A stretch of DNA of 64,000 bases from an uncultured Lachnospiraceae bacterium. Lineage in GTDB: Bacteria; Bacillota; Clostridia; Christensenellales; UBA1242. Below, piece after piece: positions 54,222 through 64,000 of the stretch (position 1 is its first letter; every line of letters begins with the position of its first letter). A program made the position numbers and the translations under genes. The notes under the pieces are model-generated. The model had not been told where the DNA came from. It saw only the letters and a program-made list of their open reading frames with translations, and did not search any database. Location of the stretch: contig CAZQMZ010000003.1 in the NCBI GenBank assembly GCA_964594865.1, forward strand, positions 11,369 through 75,368, read 5' to 3'.

Positions 54222-55091
54222 TCATTTATAAATTCTTGTGCAAGCGCAAGCAAGAACTTTTGGACCCGTGTGAGTGGCAATTGAAAGTGGAAGTTCGGCA
54301 ATATATCTCAATTCAATATTTGGAAACAGTTCTTTGAGTTCTTTTGCCAATTCCATTGCTTGTTCAGCGTTGCGAGTGTGAGCAATATCAATTCTCATAC
54401 AGTCATCAGCAACAAATTTTGCAAAGCGTCCTTCCAAATCTTTTTTGATTGCTCCAATCATCTTTGCTTTTGCGCTTTTCATGTTCATAACTTTTGCGAA
54501 GCTGTCCAACTTTCCGCCTTGAAGTTGAAGAACAGGTTTGATGTTGAGAACTGTTCCAATTGCCGCAGCGGCAGGTGTGATTCTTCCACCCTGTTTGAGA
54601 TATTTCAAAGTGTCAACCACAATATAGATTGAAGAATCAAGTGCTGTTTCTTCCAGCCATTCTTTGATTTCTTTGGCATCCTTGCCTTCTTTCAACATGT
54701 TTAAAGCATCCACAACAGATTCTTTCATTGTGATTGAAACGCGTTTGTTGTCCACCACCTGCACCTTGCCATTGAAACTTTGTGCAAAACTTTTTGCAGT
54801 TTCGCAACTTTGGCTGAGGCCGCTGGACATTGGAATATGCACAATTTCGTCATAATCTTTCAAAAGTGATTTCCAAAGATTGACAATTTCGTTGATATTT
54901 GGTTGTGAAGTGGTGATTCTCTTTCCACTTTTTTGAATATCATAAAATTTTTCCTGAGTCAAATTGACTCCTTCAAAAAACTCTTCTCCCTCGATAATGA
55001 AAGGCATAGGAACAAGAAAGCATCCCCAAGCTTCCGCCTCTTCAGCAGTGATTCCACTGTTTGTGTCTGTCACAATTGCAATTTTTTTCAT
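54222..55091 (-). CDS. DegV-family fatty-acid-binding protein
   Basis: MKKIAIVTDTNSGIT start, TSQPN, typical DegV length; GGGAGG SD. Confidence 0.9.
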   Translation of the reverse strand: MKKIAIVTDTNSGITAEEAEAWGCFLVPMPFIIEGEEFFEGVNLTQEKFYDIQKSGKRITTSQPNINEIVNLWKSLLKDYDEIVHIPMSSGLSQSCETAKSFAQSFNGKVQVVDNKRVSITMKESVVDALNMLKEGKDAKEIKEWLEETALDSSIYIVVDTLKYLKQGGRITPAAAAIGTVLNIKPVLQLQGGKLDSFAKVMNMKSAKAKMIGAIKKDLEGRFAKFVADDCMRIDIAHTRNAEQAMELAKELKELFPNIELRYIAELPLSIATHTGPKVLACACTRIYK

Positions 55092-55112
55092 AATACCCTC
55101 CCATAGTAAACA

Positions 55113-55128
55113 ACATCAAATTTGATGT
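55113..55128. promoter_or_regulatory. perfect 16-bp palindrome in the degV/GT2 divergent region
   Basis: ACATCAAATTTGATGT. Confidence 0.5.
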
Positions 55129-55133
55129 CATCA

Positions 55134-55157
55134 TTTAAGTATGATATCATACTTAAA
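55134..55157. promoter_or_regulatory. perfect 24-bp palindrome overlapping the likely degV -10
   Basis: TTTAAGTATGATATCATACTTAAA; on the minus strand TTGAAA, 16 nt, TATCAT falls inside it. Confidence 0.5.
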
Positions 55158-55177
55158 ATAATTTTCAAAACAAATTT

Positions 55178-55215
55178 TTGACAAAATTTCAATTTTAGGA
55201 ATAAAAAATTTTATG
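55178..55215 (+). promoter_or_regulatory. promoter abutting the GT2 start codon (leaderless candidate, weaker -10)
   Basis: TTGACA (55178-55183), 17 nt, ATAAAA (55201-55206), 6 nt, ATG (55213). Confidence 0.45.
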
Positions 55216-56265
55216 TTCACGATAAGTCTATGCATGATTGTCAAAAATGAAAGTGCCGTTTTGAAACGCGCACTTGATTGCGTCAAAAAGTTCGCCGATG
55301 AAATTATCATTGTGGACACCGGTTCAGAGGACAACACCAAAGAAATTGCAAAAAAGTTCACCGAAAAAGTTTATGACTTTGCGTGGTGCGACGATTTTTC
55401 CAAGGCAAGAAATTTTTCTTTTTCTCTTGCTTCGTGTGACTACCAAATGTGGTTGGACGCCGACGATGTCATCACCGATGAAAATATACAAAAAATCAAC
55501 GCACTCAAAAATAACTTTGCAGATGTCGACGTGTTTATGTGCAAATATTCCACAGGATTTGACAGTGAAAATCAGCCCAGCATCACTTATTTTCGCGAGC
55601 GAATTTTGAAGCGCGCCGACAATTTCAAATGGCAAGGATTTGTGCATGAAGTGATTGCTCCTTGCGGAAAGATTGAATATACCGACATTGAGATTGAGCA
55701 CCACAAAGTCGTGGCTGGCGATCCAAAACGCAACTTGAAATTATATCAAAAAGCACTCAAAAAAGGTGTGCAGTTCAGCCCACGCGAGTTATATTATTAT
55801 GCCCGCGAACTCTTCTATACCGGACAATATCGAAAGTCAGCGCAATACTTGAAAAAATTTTTAAAAATTGAAGGAACATATCCTCCCGACCACTTCGGCG
55901 CACACATCATGTTGTGCGATTGTTTTTTGGCTATGAATGAAGAAGAAAAAGCATTGAACATTTTGTTTTCATATATGAAATACAACCCGCCAAACGCCGA
56001 AATATGTTGCAAACTCGCCTATATTTTCGACAAATTAAAGAACACAGAGTGTGCGATTTTTTGGTTTAAAACTGCCCTTATCTCTCAGCCACAAACGCAA
56101 GGTTTCGTCAAAAAAGACTGTCAAGATTTCACTCCACTTGTTGAACTTTCACGACTGCTCTATCAAAAAGACTATGCCTATGCAAAAGAGTGCCACAAAA
56201 AAGCGAAAGCCATTCACCCAAATCACTTTGCCGTGAAATTTAACGACAAGTTTTTCACAGTTTAA
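55213..56265 (+). CDS. family-2 glycosyltransferase with C-terminal TPR-like helical domain
   Basis: LCMIVKNE..IIIVDTGSEDNT..WLDADD GT-A motifs; helical repeats after about aa 190. Confidence 0.8.
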   Translation: MFTISLCMIVKNESAVLKRALDCVKKFADEIIIVDTGSEDNTKEIAKKFTEKVYDFAWCDDFSKARNFSFSLASCDYQMWLDADDVITDENIQKINALKNNFADVDVFMCKYSTGFDSENQPSITYFRERILKRADNFKWQGFVHEVIAPCGKIEYTDIEIEHHKVVAGDPKRNLKLYQKALKKGVQFSPRELYYYARELFYTGQYRKSAQYLKKFLKIEGTYPPDHFGAHIMLCDCFLAMNEEEKALNILFSYMKYNPPNAEICCKLAYIFDKLKNTECAIFWFKTALISQPQTQGFVKKDCQDFTPLVELSRLLYQKDYAYAKECHKKAKAIHPNHFAVKFNDKFFTV

Positions 56266-56292
56266 AAAAAATCACTTAACGTGATTTTTTAT
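56264..56292. terminator. bidirectional terminator between the GT2 gene and the 105-aa ORF
   Basis: A8-TCAC-ttaac-GTGA-T6. Confidence 0.6.
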
Positions 56293-56606
56293 AATGTTCT
56301 TTCATCTGTTCTTTCATTATTGATTAATGGAGTTTTGTCATTTTCTTTTTCATACCAATAACAAGAAATTTCACCCTCTTTATCTTTTTCAACAATTCTC
56401 ACTCTGTTTCCAAATTCGATCACAATTTTGCCGCACTGTCCTGATTTAATAAGATTTTTTGCATCTGAGTCTACCATATGAACATAACTTCCCATTTGTG
56501 CAACGGCATAAAGTACACTCTTTTCTGTGCGAATCCGAAAGCTTTCTCCTTCTTTTATGTCTGGTTCTTCTTCAATCCACCACATACTTTTCCCATAATT
56601 TTTCAT
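56289..56606 (-). CDS. hypothetical small cytoplasmic protein
   Basis: 105-aa ORF between a bidirectional terminator and the tRNA; AGGGAGG about 12 nt upstream of ATG; no recognised motif. Confidence 0.4.
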   Translation of the reverse strand: MKNYGKSMWWIEEEPDIKEGESFRIRTEKSVLYAVAQMGSYVHMVDSDAKNLIKSGQCGKIVIEFGNRVRIVEKDKEGEISCYWYEKENDKTPLINNERTDERTL

Positions 56607-56730
56607 AAATTTTTACCTCCCTCATTAAGAATGATATCACAAATTTCGACATTTGTCAATAGGTTTGCAAAATTTTAAAATTTTTAGCAACAAATACGTC
56701 ACAAAAAACAAATTTATTTTTGCAAAACGT

Positions 56731-56759
56731 TTGATTTTTTATGTAAAGTGTGCTAAACT
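56731..56759 (+). promoter_or_regulatory. promoter of tRNA-Ser
   Basis: TTGATT (56731-56736), 17 nt, TGcTAAACT (56751-56759), about 20 nt before the mature 5' end. Confidence 0.55.
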
Positions 56760-56778
56760 TGTCAAAGTTTAAACTTGT

Positions 56779-56868
56779 GCAGAGGTGTCCGAGCGGTTTA
56801 AGGTGCAGCCCTGGAAAGGCTGTGTGCGAGAAATCGCACCAAGAGTTCGAATCTCTTCCTCTGCGCCA
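56779..56868 (+). tRNA. tRNA-Ser (anticodon GGA)
   Basis: acceptor GCAGAGG/CCTCTGC, discriminator G, encoded CCA, anticodon loop CTGGAAA (GGA at 56813-56815), long variable arm, T-loop GTTCGAATC. Confidence 0.93.
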
Positions 56869-57004
56869 CATACTTTTTTAAAAAAATATGCAAAAAGAAA
56901 TCAAGTACTTTCTTGCTCGCGCTAATTATTAAGATAAATTTCTTTGCGTATGACGGCTATAAAGCACACAAACTTCACTCTAATTACCTAATTAAGGAGA
57001 AAAA

Positions 57005-57685
57005 GTGGAATCGAACAATTATGCAGTTATTTTTGATATGGACGGAGTCATTTTTGACTCTGAAAAAACATGGAAAAAACAATTTAGAAAAACTTGCCAT
57101 CTATATCACATCAAGTTTTCGGAAAAATATCGCCAATCACTTTCTGGAAAAATCGAGCAAAAAGTGATGGAGCAACTTCAAAAAGATTATGATTTCGATG
57201 CAAACAAATTTTGGGAAAAATTGACATCTCTTGTCTTTAAAGAACTGTGTGAAAAAGGCGCGCCCTTGAAGGATAAAAATTTTGCAAATCACATTGCAAA
57301 ATTGAAAAACAAAGGTTTCAAAATCGCTCTCGTCTCCAGCAATGACAATGAAAGAGTAAGTGTCATGTTTGAAAAAGTTGGATTGAAAGCAAGCGAACTT
57401 TTTGATGTTATTGTCACAGGCAATGATGTTTCATTTGGAAAGCCCGCCCCTGATTGTTATAACATGGCTTGCAAAAAGCTGAAGATAAAAAATGAAAATT
57501 GTTTTGTTCTTGAAGATTCAAAAAATGGTATAATCTCCGCCCACACTGCAAACTGTCGAACAATCATGGTGATTGATTTGATCAAGCCGACTACAGAAAT
57601 AAAAAGCATTTGTGAAAAGGTTTACAAAAACATGAAGCAAGCACTCAAATACATATCAAAGCAAACAAATAAAAATAAGTTTTAA
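57005..57685 (+). CDS. HAD-superfamily hydrolase (beta-phosphoglucomutase-like subfamily IA)
   Basis: FDMDGVIFDSE motif I, VSSN motif II, EDSKNG motif IV; GTG start after AAGGAG. Confidence 0.85.
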   Translation: MESNNYAVIFDMDGVIFDSEKTWKKQFRKTCHLYHIKFSEKYRQSLSGKIEQKVMEQLQKDYDFDANKFWEKLTSLVFKELCEKGAPLKDKNFANHIAKLKNKGFKIALVSSNDNERVSVMFEKVGLKASELFDVIVTGNDVSFGKPAPDCYNMACKKLKIKNENCFVLEDSKNGIISAHTANCRTIMVIDLIKPTTEIKSICEKVYKNMKQALKYISKQTNKNKF

Positions 57686-57715
57686 TTGATGTCATTGAAA
57701 AGAAATAAAAACAAA

Positions 57716-57770
57716 ATATAGTGTGGTATGCAATGCATAATACACTATATTTTGTTGTAGTATGCATAAT
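57716..57770. repeat. palindromic element, locus G (3-4 half-sites, same architecture as locus A)
   Basis: ATATAGTGTGGTATGCA-A-TGCATAATACACTATAT, then TTTGTTGTAGTATGCATAAT; lies between the convergent HAD and mnmA genes. Confidence 0.85.
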
Positions 57771-57817
57771 TTTAAACAATTTTGTCTATTCGTTTTTCAA
57801 TCACTCAATTCAGGGTT

Positions 57818-59556
<1,739 letters not shown>

Positions 59557-59714
59557 TGAGTTATTTTAAATAATTTTCAGCACATTGTCAAGCGAACACA
59601 CTGAAAAACATCGCAAGGCGCCCCCATATCGTAAGTCACTGCAATAAACAATCCACCTCAAATGCTTCACGCACATAAAATTCACGCCACTATAAAAATT
59701 CACGCATAAAATTT

Positions 59715-61163
59715 TCACGCCACATCTTTCAATTTTTCAACCGCCTTGTTGAAATAGACAAATGAAGGTTTGTCGTCTGAAACAACACGAAGCACACTTT
59801 CAAGTTCTGTTTTTGCAAGTTCATAATTTTTTGAATTGTAAGCTCTCACACCGCTTTCAAATTTTCCCTTCATCTTTTTCAATTTTTCTCGCTTGTTTTT
59901 TTGATAATAATTCAAACTTTCATAAAGTGGCACCTGAGAGCCGTTCTCCAAAGAAAGTGCTCCGACAAAGCGATAAGCAAATTCGAAATTTTGCGGAAGT
60001 TCGTTGAGAGAGGACTTGGAAAGAATGAGTTTTGTGCCAATGAAAAGATTTATCTCTTCCATTTTGCTCGACAGATTGACAACATCCGAGATTATTGTCG
60101 GGCTTTTGTGCTCATCTTCGCCAACAACTCCAAAAACAACCTCTCCCGTGTTTATGGAAATTCGAGCATCAATGTTTGTCTTTTTTGACTTATTCCTAAC
60201 TTCAATCGCTTTCAAAATTGCGTGTGCACATTCAATGCCATTTTGTGGTTTCGAAAAGACTGCAACCACCCCGTCGCCGAGATATTTATCAATAAACCCG
60301 TCATATTTGCGGATAAGCGGTGCAACAACATTGAGATAGGAATTGATGTAATTGAAGTTCTCTTCCAAACTCAAACTGTGACTCTCATTTGTCGGATTTC
60401 TCAAATCACAAAACAGTGTTGTCGCGATTTTTTTCACCTGCTTTCCAAGTTCAAGCTCTTCAATTCCGCTTTTACCCATAAATTTTGTGAACTGTCTCGA
60501 AACAAACTTTTGCGCTTCCAAATTTGCCTTTCTAATTTTGTTTTCATTTTTCTTATAGTTGTAATTGATTTTGTTTAACGAATTTTCAATTCCCTTAAAC
60601 TGTTTGCCACCGCCCACTTTGAAATCGTCTTCCTTGATTCGCCCGTCACCAAGTTTTTCTGTTGCCTTTTCCACTTTGGAAAGCGGACGACAAGAAAAAA
60701 GAAGAATGACAAAAACAACAACCAAATAAATCAAAGTCGCAAGCCCCGCCCAAAGAAGATTGTTATACGAATCTTCCGCCGTGGCGATGTTTAATGTGGA
60801 GCGAACCGACTCTGCAAGTGTGCCTGTCATATCTTTGACAGTGACGATATAGACCATGAAAGCGCCATAGACAAGGGTCAGTGGAGCAACTGAAAAGAAA
60901 ATCGCATTTGAAAGACGTTGCGTTTTCAAAAACCTGAAAAATAGAATTGTTGAAAAAATGGCTGAAAGAATTTGAAGTGCAAGAGCAAGCCACGCAAGTG
61001 CTGTGAAGTCAAAAACAAAACCATCGCCTGTTGGAACAATCGCTGAAAAAAGATATTGCGCCAGGAAGATGTTTGCAACAAAAAGTGCAATTGTTATGAC
61101 TGTCAAAATTTTTGTCGAGGTTCTCATGCGCTTATTTTGGTGAAATAAAAAGCTTATATACAT
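59715..61163 (-). CDS. membrane-anchored class III nucleotidyl (adenylate/guanylate) cyclase with a HAMP-like linker and a C-terminal helical (TPR-like) tail
   Basis: 4 TM, RPLSKVEKATEKLGDGRI HAMP-like. Cyclase core is TTLFCDLRN..KYLGDGVVAVF..RISINTGEVVFGVVG..SDVVNLSSKME. True start may be MRTSTK at 61127. Confidence 0.8.
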   Translation of the reverse strand: MYISFLFHQNKRMRTSTKILTVITIALFVANIFLAQYLFSAIVPTGDGFVFDFTALAWLALALQILSAIFSTILFFRFLKTQRLSNAIFFSVAPLTLVYGAFMVYIVTVKDMTGTLAESVRSTLNIATAEDSYNNLLWAGLATLIYLVVVFVILLFSCRPLSKVEKATEKLGDGRIKEDDFKVGGGKQFKGIENSLNKINYNYKKNENKIRKANLEAQKFVSRQFTKFMGKSGIEELELGKQVKKIATTLFCDLRNPTNESHSLSLEENFNYINSYLNVVAPLIRKYDGFIDKYLGDGVVAVFSKPQNGIECAHAILKAIEVRNKSKKTNIDARISINTGEVVFGVVGEDEHKSPTIISDVVNLSSKMEEINLFIGTKLILSKSSLNELPQNFEFAYRFVGALSLENGSQVPLYESLNYYQKNKREKLKKMKGKFESGVRAYNSKNYELAKTELESVLRVVSDDKPSFVYFNKAVEKLKDVA

Positions 61164-61240
61164 AAGAAATTTGTCGAATTTTGAAATTGTGATGTATATC
61201 TAAAAAAAATCCGTTCAAAATAATTCAAAAGGAGAAGTTT

Positions 61241-61690
61241 ATGGACGAAAAAGAAAAACTCACCGAATATCTCAATGCAATCTATCAAAACACACGCACA
61301 GCCATTCAATCGATTGAAGACATCATCACAAAGACGGAAGATAAGAAATTGATTGAAGAGCTTGCCAAGGAAGAAGATGAATACACCTGCCTTGCCAAAG
61401 AGTGTGAGCAATTTGCAAAAGCGGAGAAAATTGAAGACATCAAAGACAACAATTGGATTGAAAAAGCAAAACTTTGGAGCGCAATCAACATGGGCACAAT
61501 GCTGGACAAAACTTCGCGAAATATTGCTGAAATGATGCTTATTGGCACATTTATGGGCATCATCACTTGCATTAAAGATAAGGATGATCACAAAAACATT
61601 TCTGCCGAACTTGACGAAATCATTGACAAACTATATGAATTTGAGCGACACAACATCGACCGACTGCTTCCATTTTTGGAAGAAAAATAA
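61241..61690 (+). CDS. hypothetical helical-bundle protein
   Basis: 149 aa, AAGGAGAAG SD, predicted all-alpha; divergent from the cyclase gene. Confidence 0.45.
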   Translation: MDEKEKLTEYLNAIYQNTRTAIQSIEDIITKTEDKKLIEELAKEEDEYTCLAKECEQFAKAEKIEDIKDNNWIEKAKLWSAINMGTMLDKTSRNIAEMMLIGTFMGIITCIKDKDDHKNISAELDEIIDKLYEFERHNIDRLLPFLEEK

Positions 61691-61785
61691 GTTTTTGGAG
61701 TAGAGCTCTTTTCAAATGTATTTTTGGAAGAAGAGAGCTTTTTGGAAAGAATTTTTCAAAGGCAGTTTGGAAAAGAGTGAATTTT

Positions 61786-62640
61786 TTAAATGGTCTTAAA
61801 TATGTCTTTGAGTTCGCAGTCATAGCCATAAGAAAGCGAAAGATTGACGACCATTTTTTCACTTATATTCACAACCCGACCGTTTTCAAGCACAAGACAA
61901 AAAATATGTGTTTTTGAAGACTGCATTTTTGCAAGCAGGTCCTTGATTTTGACGTCCGGATTGACATAACAGACAGTTGGCTTCACAAAATTTTTTGTTT
62001 GTTTGCAAAATATGTTGATTTTCTCATATTTGGTGGAAAAGTTTAAATCAAGCACCCCCGTAATTAAAAAAAATGCAAACAGCAAATAAGTTGGATTGAA
62101 ATTTTTGAAAACAAAAACCACAAACAAAACCATAAAAAAGACACTCAAAACAACATTATTCAAGATTGTGATTTTTTTCGCTCGCTTTTCGTCACAAAAC
62201 TGCGAAAATGTTGCCACAAAAACCCGCCCACCATCAAGCGGATAGGCTGGCAAAAGGTTGAGAAGTGCCAAAATCACTGAAATCTCAACAAAACTTGAAG
62301 TGAAAACATAGACATTTGGAAACAACCACCAAACGCCAACTGTCAGAAAACCTGAAAGGATGTTTGCAAACGGCCCAGCAAGCGCAATTTTGATTTCATG
62401 ATGGAAGTCCAAATTTTGTTGAAAGTATGACAACGCAACGCCGTATGGCGAAAGCGAAAACCTTGAAAGAGCATAGCCCAAACGTTTGGCAGTCAAAAAA
62501 TGCCCCAACTCATGGACAGCAACGGCAAGCACATAGGAAAGAGCTGACACCACTCCCACGCAGACAAACAGCCATATCCAAATGATGACGCTGACAGGAT
62601 GAATAGAAAATTTTTTATCACATTTTTTCAAATTTTTCAT
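61786..62640 (-). CDS. spoIVFB: M50 site-2 protease, SpoIVFB-like (pro-sigma-K processing enzyme family)
   Basis: HELGHFLTAKRLG (HExxH) in a TM helix, NLLPAYPLDGGRV (NxxPxxxxDG), C-terminal CBS-like domain; start set at MKNLKK. Confidence 0.75.
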   Translation of the reverse strand: MKNLKKCDKKFSIHPVSVIIWIWLFVCVGVVSALSYVLAVAVHELGHFLTAKRLGYALSRFSLSPYGVALSYFQQNLDFHHEIKIALAGPFANILSGFLTVGVWWLFPNVYVFTSSFVEISVILALLNLLPAYPLDGGRVFVATFSQFCDEKRAKKITILNNVVLSVFFMVLFVVFVFKNFNPTYLLFAFFLITGVLDLNFSTKYEKINIFCKQTKNFVKPTVCYVNPDVKIKDLLAKMQSSKTHIFCLVLENGRVVNISEKMVVNLSLSYGYDCELKDIFKTI

Positions 62641-62780
62641 AGAAACACGCCAAGGCAGACCGCCACAACAATCACCGTCATCACACAAGCGCACAAAGTG
62701 AAGACAAAGAACTTCAAAGAAAATCGATGCTTTAATTTTGTTTGATGATAGTTTTTGCCATATAACTTTTGCTTATCCAT
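62637..62780 (-). CDS. 47-aa single-TM peptide translationally coupled to spoIVFB
   Basis: MDKQKLYGKNYHQTKLKHRFSLKFFVFTLCACVMTVIVVAVCLGVFL; its TGA overlaps the spoIVFB ATG (ATGA at 62637-62640); TATAAT 6 nt upstream of its ATG. Confidence 0.4.
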   Translation of the reverse strand: MDKQKLYGKNYHQTKLKHRFSLKFFVFTLCACVMTVIVVAVCLGVFL

Positions 62781-62792
62781 GAAAATATTATA
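62778..62792 (-). promoter_or_regulatory. -10 element abutting the small-ORF/spoIVFB start (leaderless candidate)
   Basis: minus strand: TATAAT (62787-62792), 6 nt, ATG (62778-62780); poor -35. Confidence 0.45.
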
Positions 62793-62833
62793 TGCACGAA
62801 AAAATGCAATAAAACAGGTCACATAAACTTATT

Positions 62834-62860
62834 AAAAAAAGGTGATAAATTTTTATCACC
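62834..62860 (-). terminator. rho-independent terminator after scpB
   Basis: GGTGATA-aaaatt-TATCACC plus U7 on the minus strand. Confidence 0.75.
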
Positions 62861-62865
62861 TTCGT

Positions 62866-63546
62866 TCACGCACCAACATCGGCACTGTCAATCGTCTGCA
62901 GGTTTTCTTCGTCTTTCAAGAAGTCTGGCAATTCTTCTTCATCAGGAAGTTTAAACTCGTTGTAAAGACTGTCGCTCTGTGGTGTCATCTCACCTTCTTC
63001 AATCACCTTAATTCTCTCCAAAAGTCCTTCATAATCAGGCAATTCTGCCAAATCGGTGAGATTAAATCTCTTTAAAAAGTTATCGGTCGTTCCAAAAAGA
63101 AGTGGCTTGCCAACTGCATCTTTGCGTCCCACCACTTCAATGACATTTTGGTCAAGAAGAATTTGAATGGCATAGTCGCAATTGTTGACGCCTCTTATCT
63201 CTTCAACTTCCAATTTTGTGACAGGTTGTTTATACGCGATGATGGCAAGCGTTTCAAGAGCCGCACGCGTCAATGATTTTTCGCGGATAGGGTTCAGCAC
63301 TTCGCTTATATAATCAGCATATTCTGGATTTGATGCAAGTTGCAATTTGTTTTTGTATGTGATGATGTGAATACCTTTTTCATCACAATATTCTTTTTTG
63401 AGTTCTTCCACCACCTTGTCAAGTTCTTTGTCTGTCAAATTCAATTTTTGAATGATGAAATCGCGTTCAATTCCCTCGCCTGCAACAAAAAGAATGGAAA
63501 GCACAATATCCTTTAAATTTTTCTTATTTTCCACGTTCATACTCAC
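62866..63546 (-). CDS. scpB: segregation and condensation protein B
   Basis: LFVAGEGI.., tandem wHTH, RGVNCDYAIQ.LLDQNVIE..GR; 4-nt overlap with scpA. Confidence 0.93.
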   Translation of the reverse strand: MSMNVENKKNLKDIVLSILFVAGEGIERDFIIQKLNLTDKELDKVVEELKKEYCDEKGIHIITYKNKLQLASNPEYADYISEVLNPIREKSLTRAALETLAIIAYKQPVTKLEVEEIRGVNNCDYAIQILLDQNVIEVVGRKDAVGKPLLFGTTDNFLKRFNLTDLAELPDYEGLLERIKVIEEGEMTPQSDSLYNEFKLPDEEELPDFLKDEENLQTIDSADVGA

Positions 63547-64000
63547 CCCTCATTTGCCGTAATGACAATTTTTCCAAAAATACCGCTTTGAATGGCTTTG
63601 ATTGTTTGCAATTTCAACAGTTCCAAAAGTGCCAAGAAAGTGTTTATCAATTCGCTTTTTGTCATGTCGTCATCAAACAATTCTTCAAACTCAAAGCGCT
63701 TTTTCTCTTTCGCAAAATTTCGAATGGAAATGATTTTTTCTGCCACAGTGAAACGATCTTTGATAATCTTTTTCGGTCCTTCATTTTTGATAACTTTTTT
63801 CATTTCTTCGCGTGCCATCAACTTTGCAAAAGCATCAAGCAGTTGGTCAAGCACCATGTCTTTGACGATGATCTTGACTTTTTCTGTTTCTTTCCCTGGT
63901 GCTCGATACATCTTGTTGACATCTTCAATCTCTTTCATGTTTTTGCTTGCTTCTTTGAAGAGTTCATATTCCTTCAAGCGACGCAAAAGCACCGCCTCTT
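63543..64000 (-). CDS. scpA: segregation and condensation protein A (C-terminal part; N-terminus lies beyond the window edge)
   Basis: kleisin C-terminal region ..LLALLELLKLQ.I...Q...FG.I; reading frame stays open to the window end. Confidence 0.88.
   Translation of the reverse strand, partial: EAVLLRRLKEYELFKEASKNMKEIEDVNKMYRAPGKETEKVKIIVKDMVLDQLLDAFAKLMAREEMKKVIKNEGPKKIIKDRFTVAEKIISIRNFAKEKKRFEFEELFDDDMTKSELINTFLALLELLKLQTIKAIQSGIFGKIVITANEG

Noticed and set aside
56656-56871. Minus-strand 71-aa ORF
   Set aside because: It lies antisense across tRNA-Ser(GGA) and its promoter, and is an artefact of the stable GC-rich tRNA sequence.
7465-57770. Dispersed TGCATAAYACAC units interpreted as ARG boxes, CRP sites, or forespore sigma-F/G promoters (GCATA -35)
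   Set aside because: ARG boxes (TGAAT-w4-ATTCA type) differ in half-site and spacing. CRP sites are TGTGA-N6-TCACA, whereas the TCACA..TGTGA arms here are in the opposite order and at a different spacing. Most copies lie 3' of genes in both orientations, which is not promoter-like. Only the single unit upstream of spoIVB (8697-8717: GCATA, 17 nt, GAAACTA, 6 nt, ATG) could double as a sigma-F/G-type promoter, and that remains speculative.

Overview
AT-rich 64-kb chromosomal segment from an endospore-forming Firmicute (Clostridia-like). The sporulation markers are spoIVB, pro-sigma-K, a SpoIVFB-type protease, ylbJ and an FtsW/SpoVE-family gene. Coding is dense, mostly on the minus strand, and almost entirely housekeeping. 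In order: rny, clpX-clpP-tig, spoIVB, recN-argR, thiI plus a cysteine desulfurase, pheST behind a Phe T-box, lgt, a MarR/ABC/AlkD unit, ddl plus murE-mraY-murD-ftsW, RNase P RNA, sigK, ftsY-smc-rnc-plsX, rpmF, ackA-pta, tRNA-Ser(GGA), mnmA, spoIVFB and scpAB. I see no prophage, IS element, CRISPR array, toxin-antitoxin pair or recognisable defence island. The lone tyrosine recombinase has no mobile-element context. Six things are worth a second look. (1) A dispersed intergenic palindromic element built from a 12-nt half-site TGCATAAYACAC, at 9 or more loci and mostly just 3' of genes (REP-like, not a family I recognise). (2) A recurrent promoter layout, -10 hexamer then exactly 6 nt then ATG with no Shine-Dalgarno, at six or more genes, implying leaderless mRNAs. 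(3) A Rho-fold protein with the Walker A and B motifs destroyed, behind a duplicated promoter in which each copy carries a perfect Spo0A box. (4) A divergent, possibly duplicated, DisA_N (diadenylate-cyclase-fold) protein next to sigK with a non-canonical RHR motif. (5) A HIT-RNase HI fusion protein. (6) A membrane class III nucleotidyl cyclase and a PadR domain tethered to a membrane domain. All coordinates for non-ORF features were hand-indexed and may be off by 1-2 nt.
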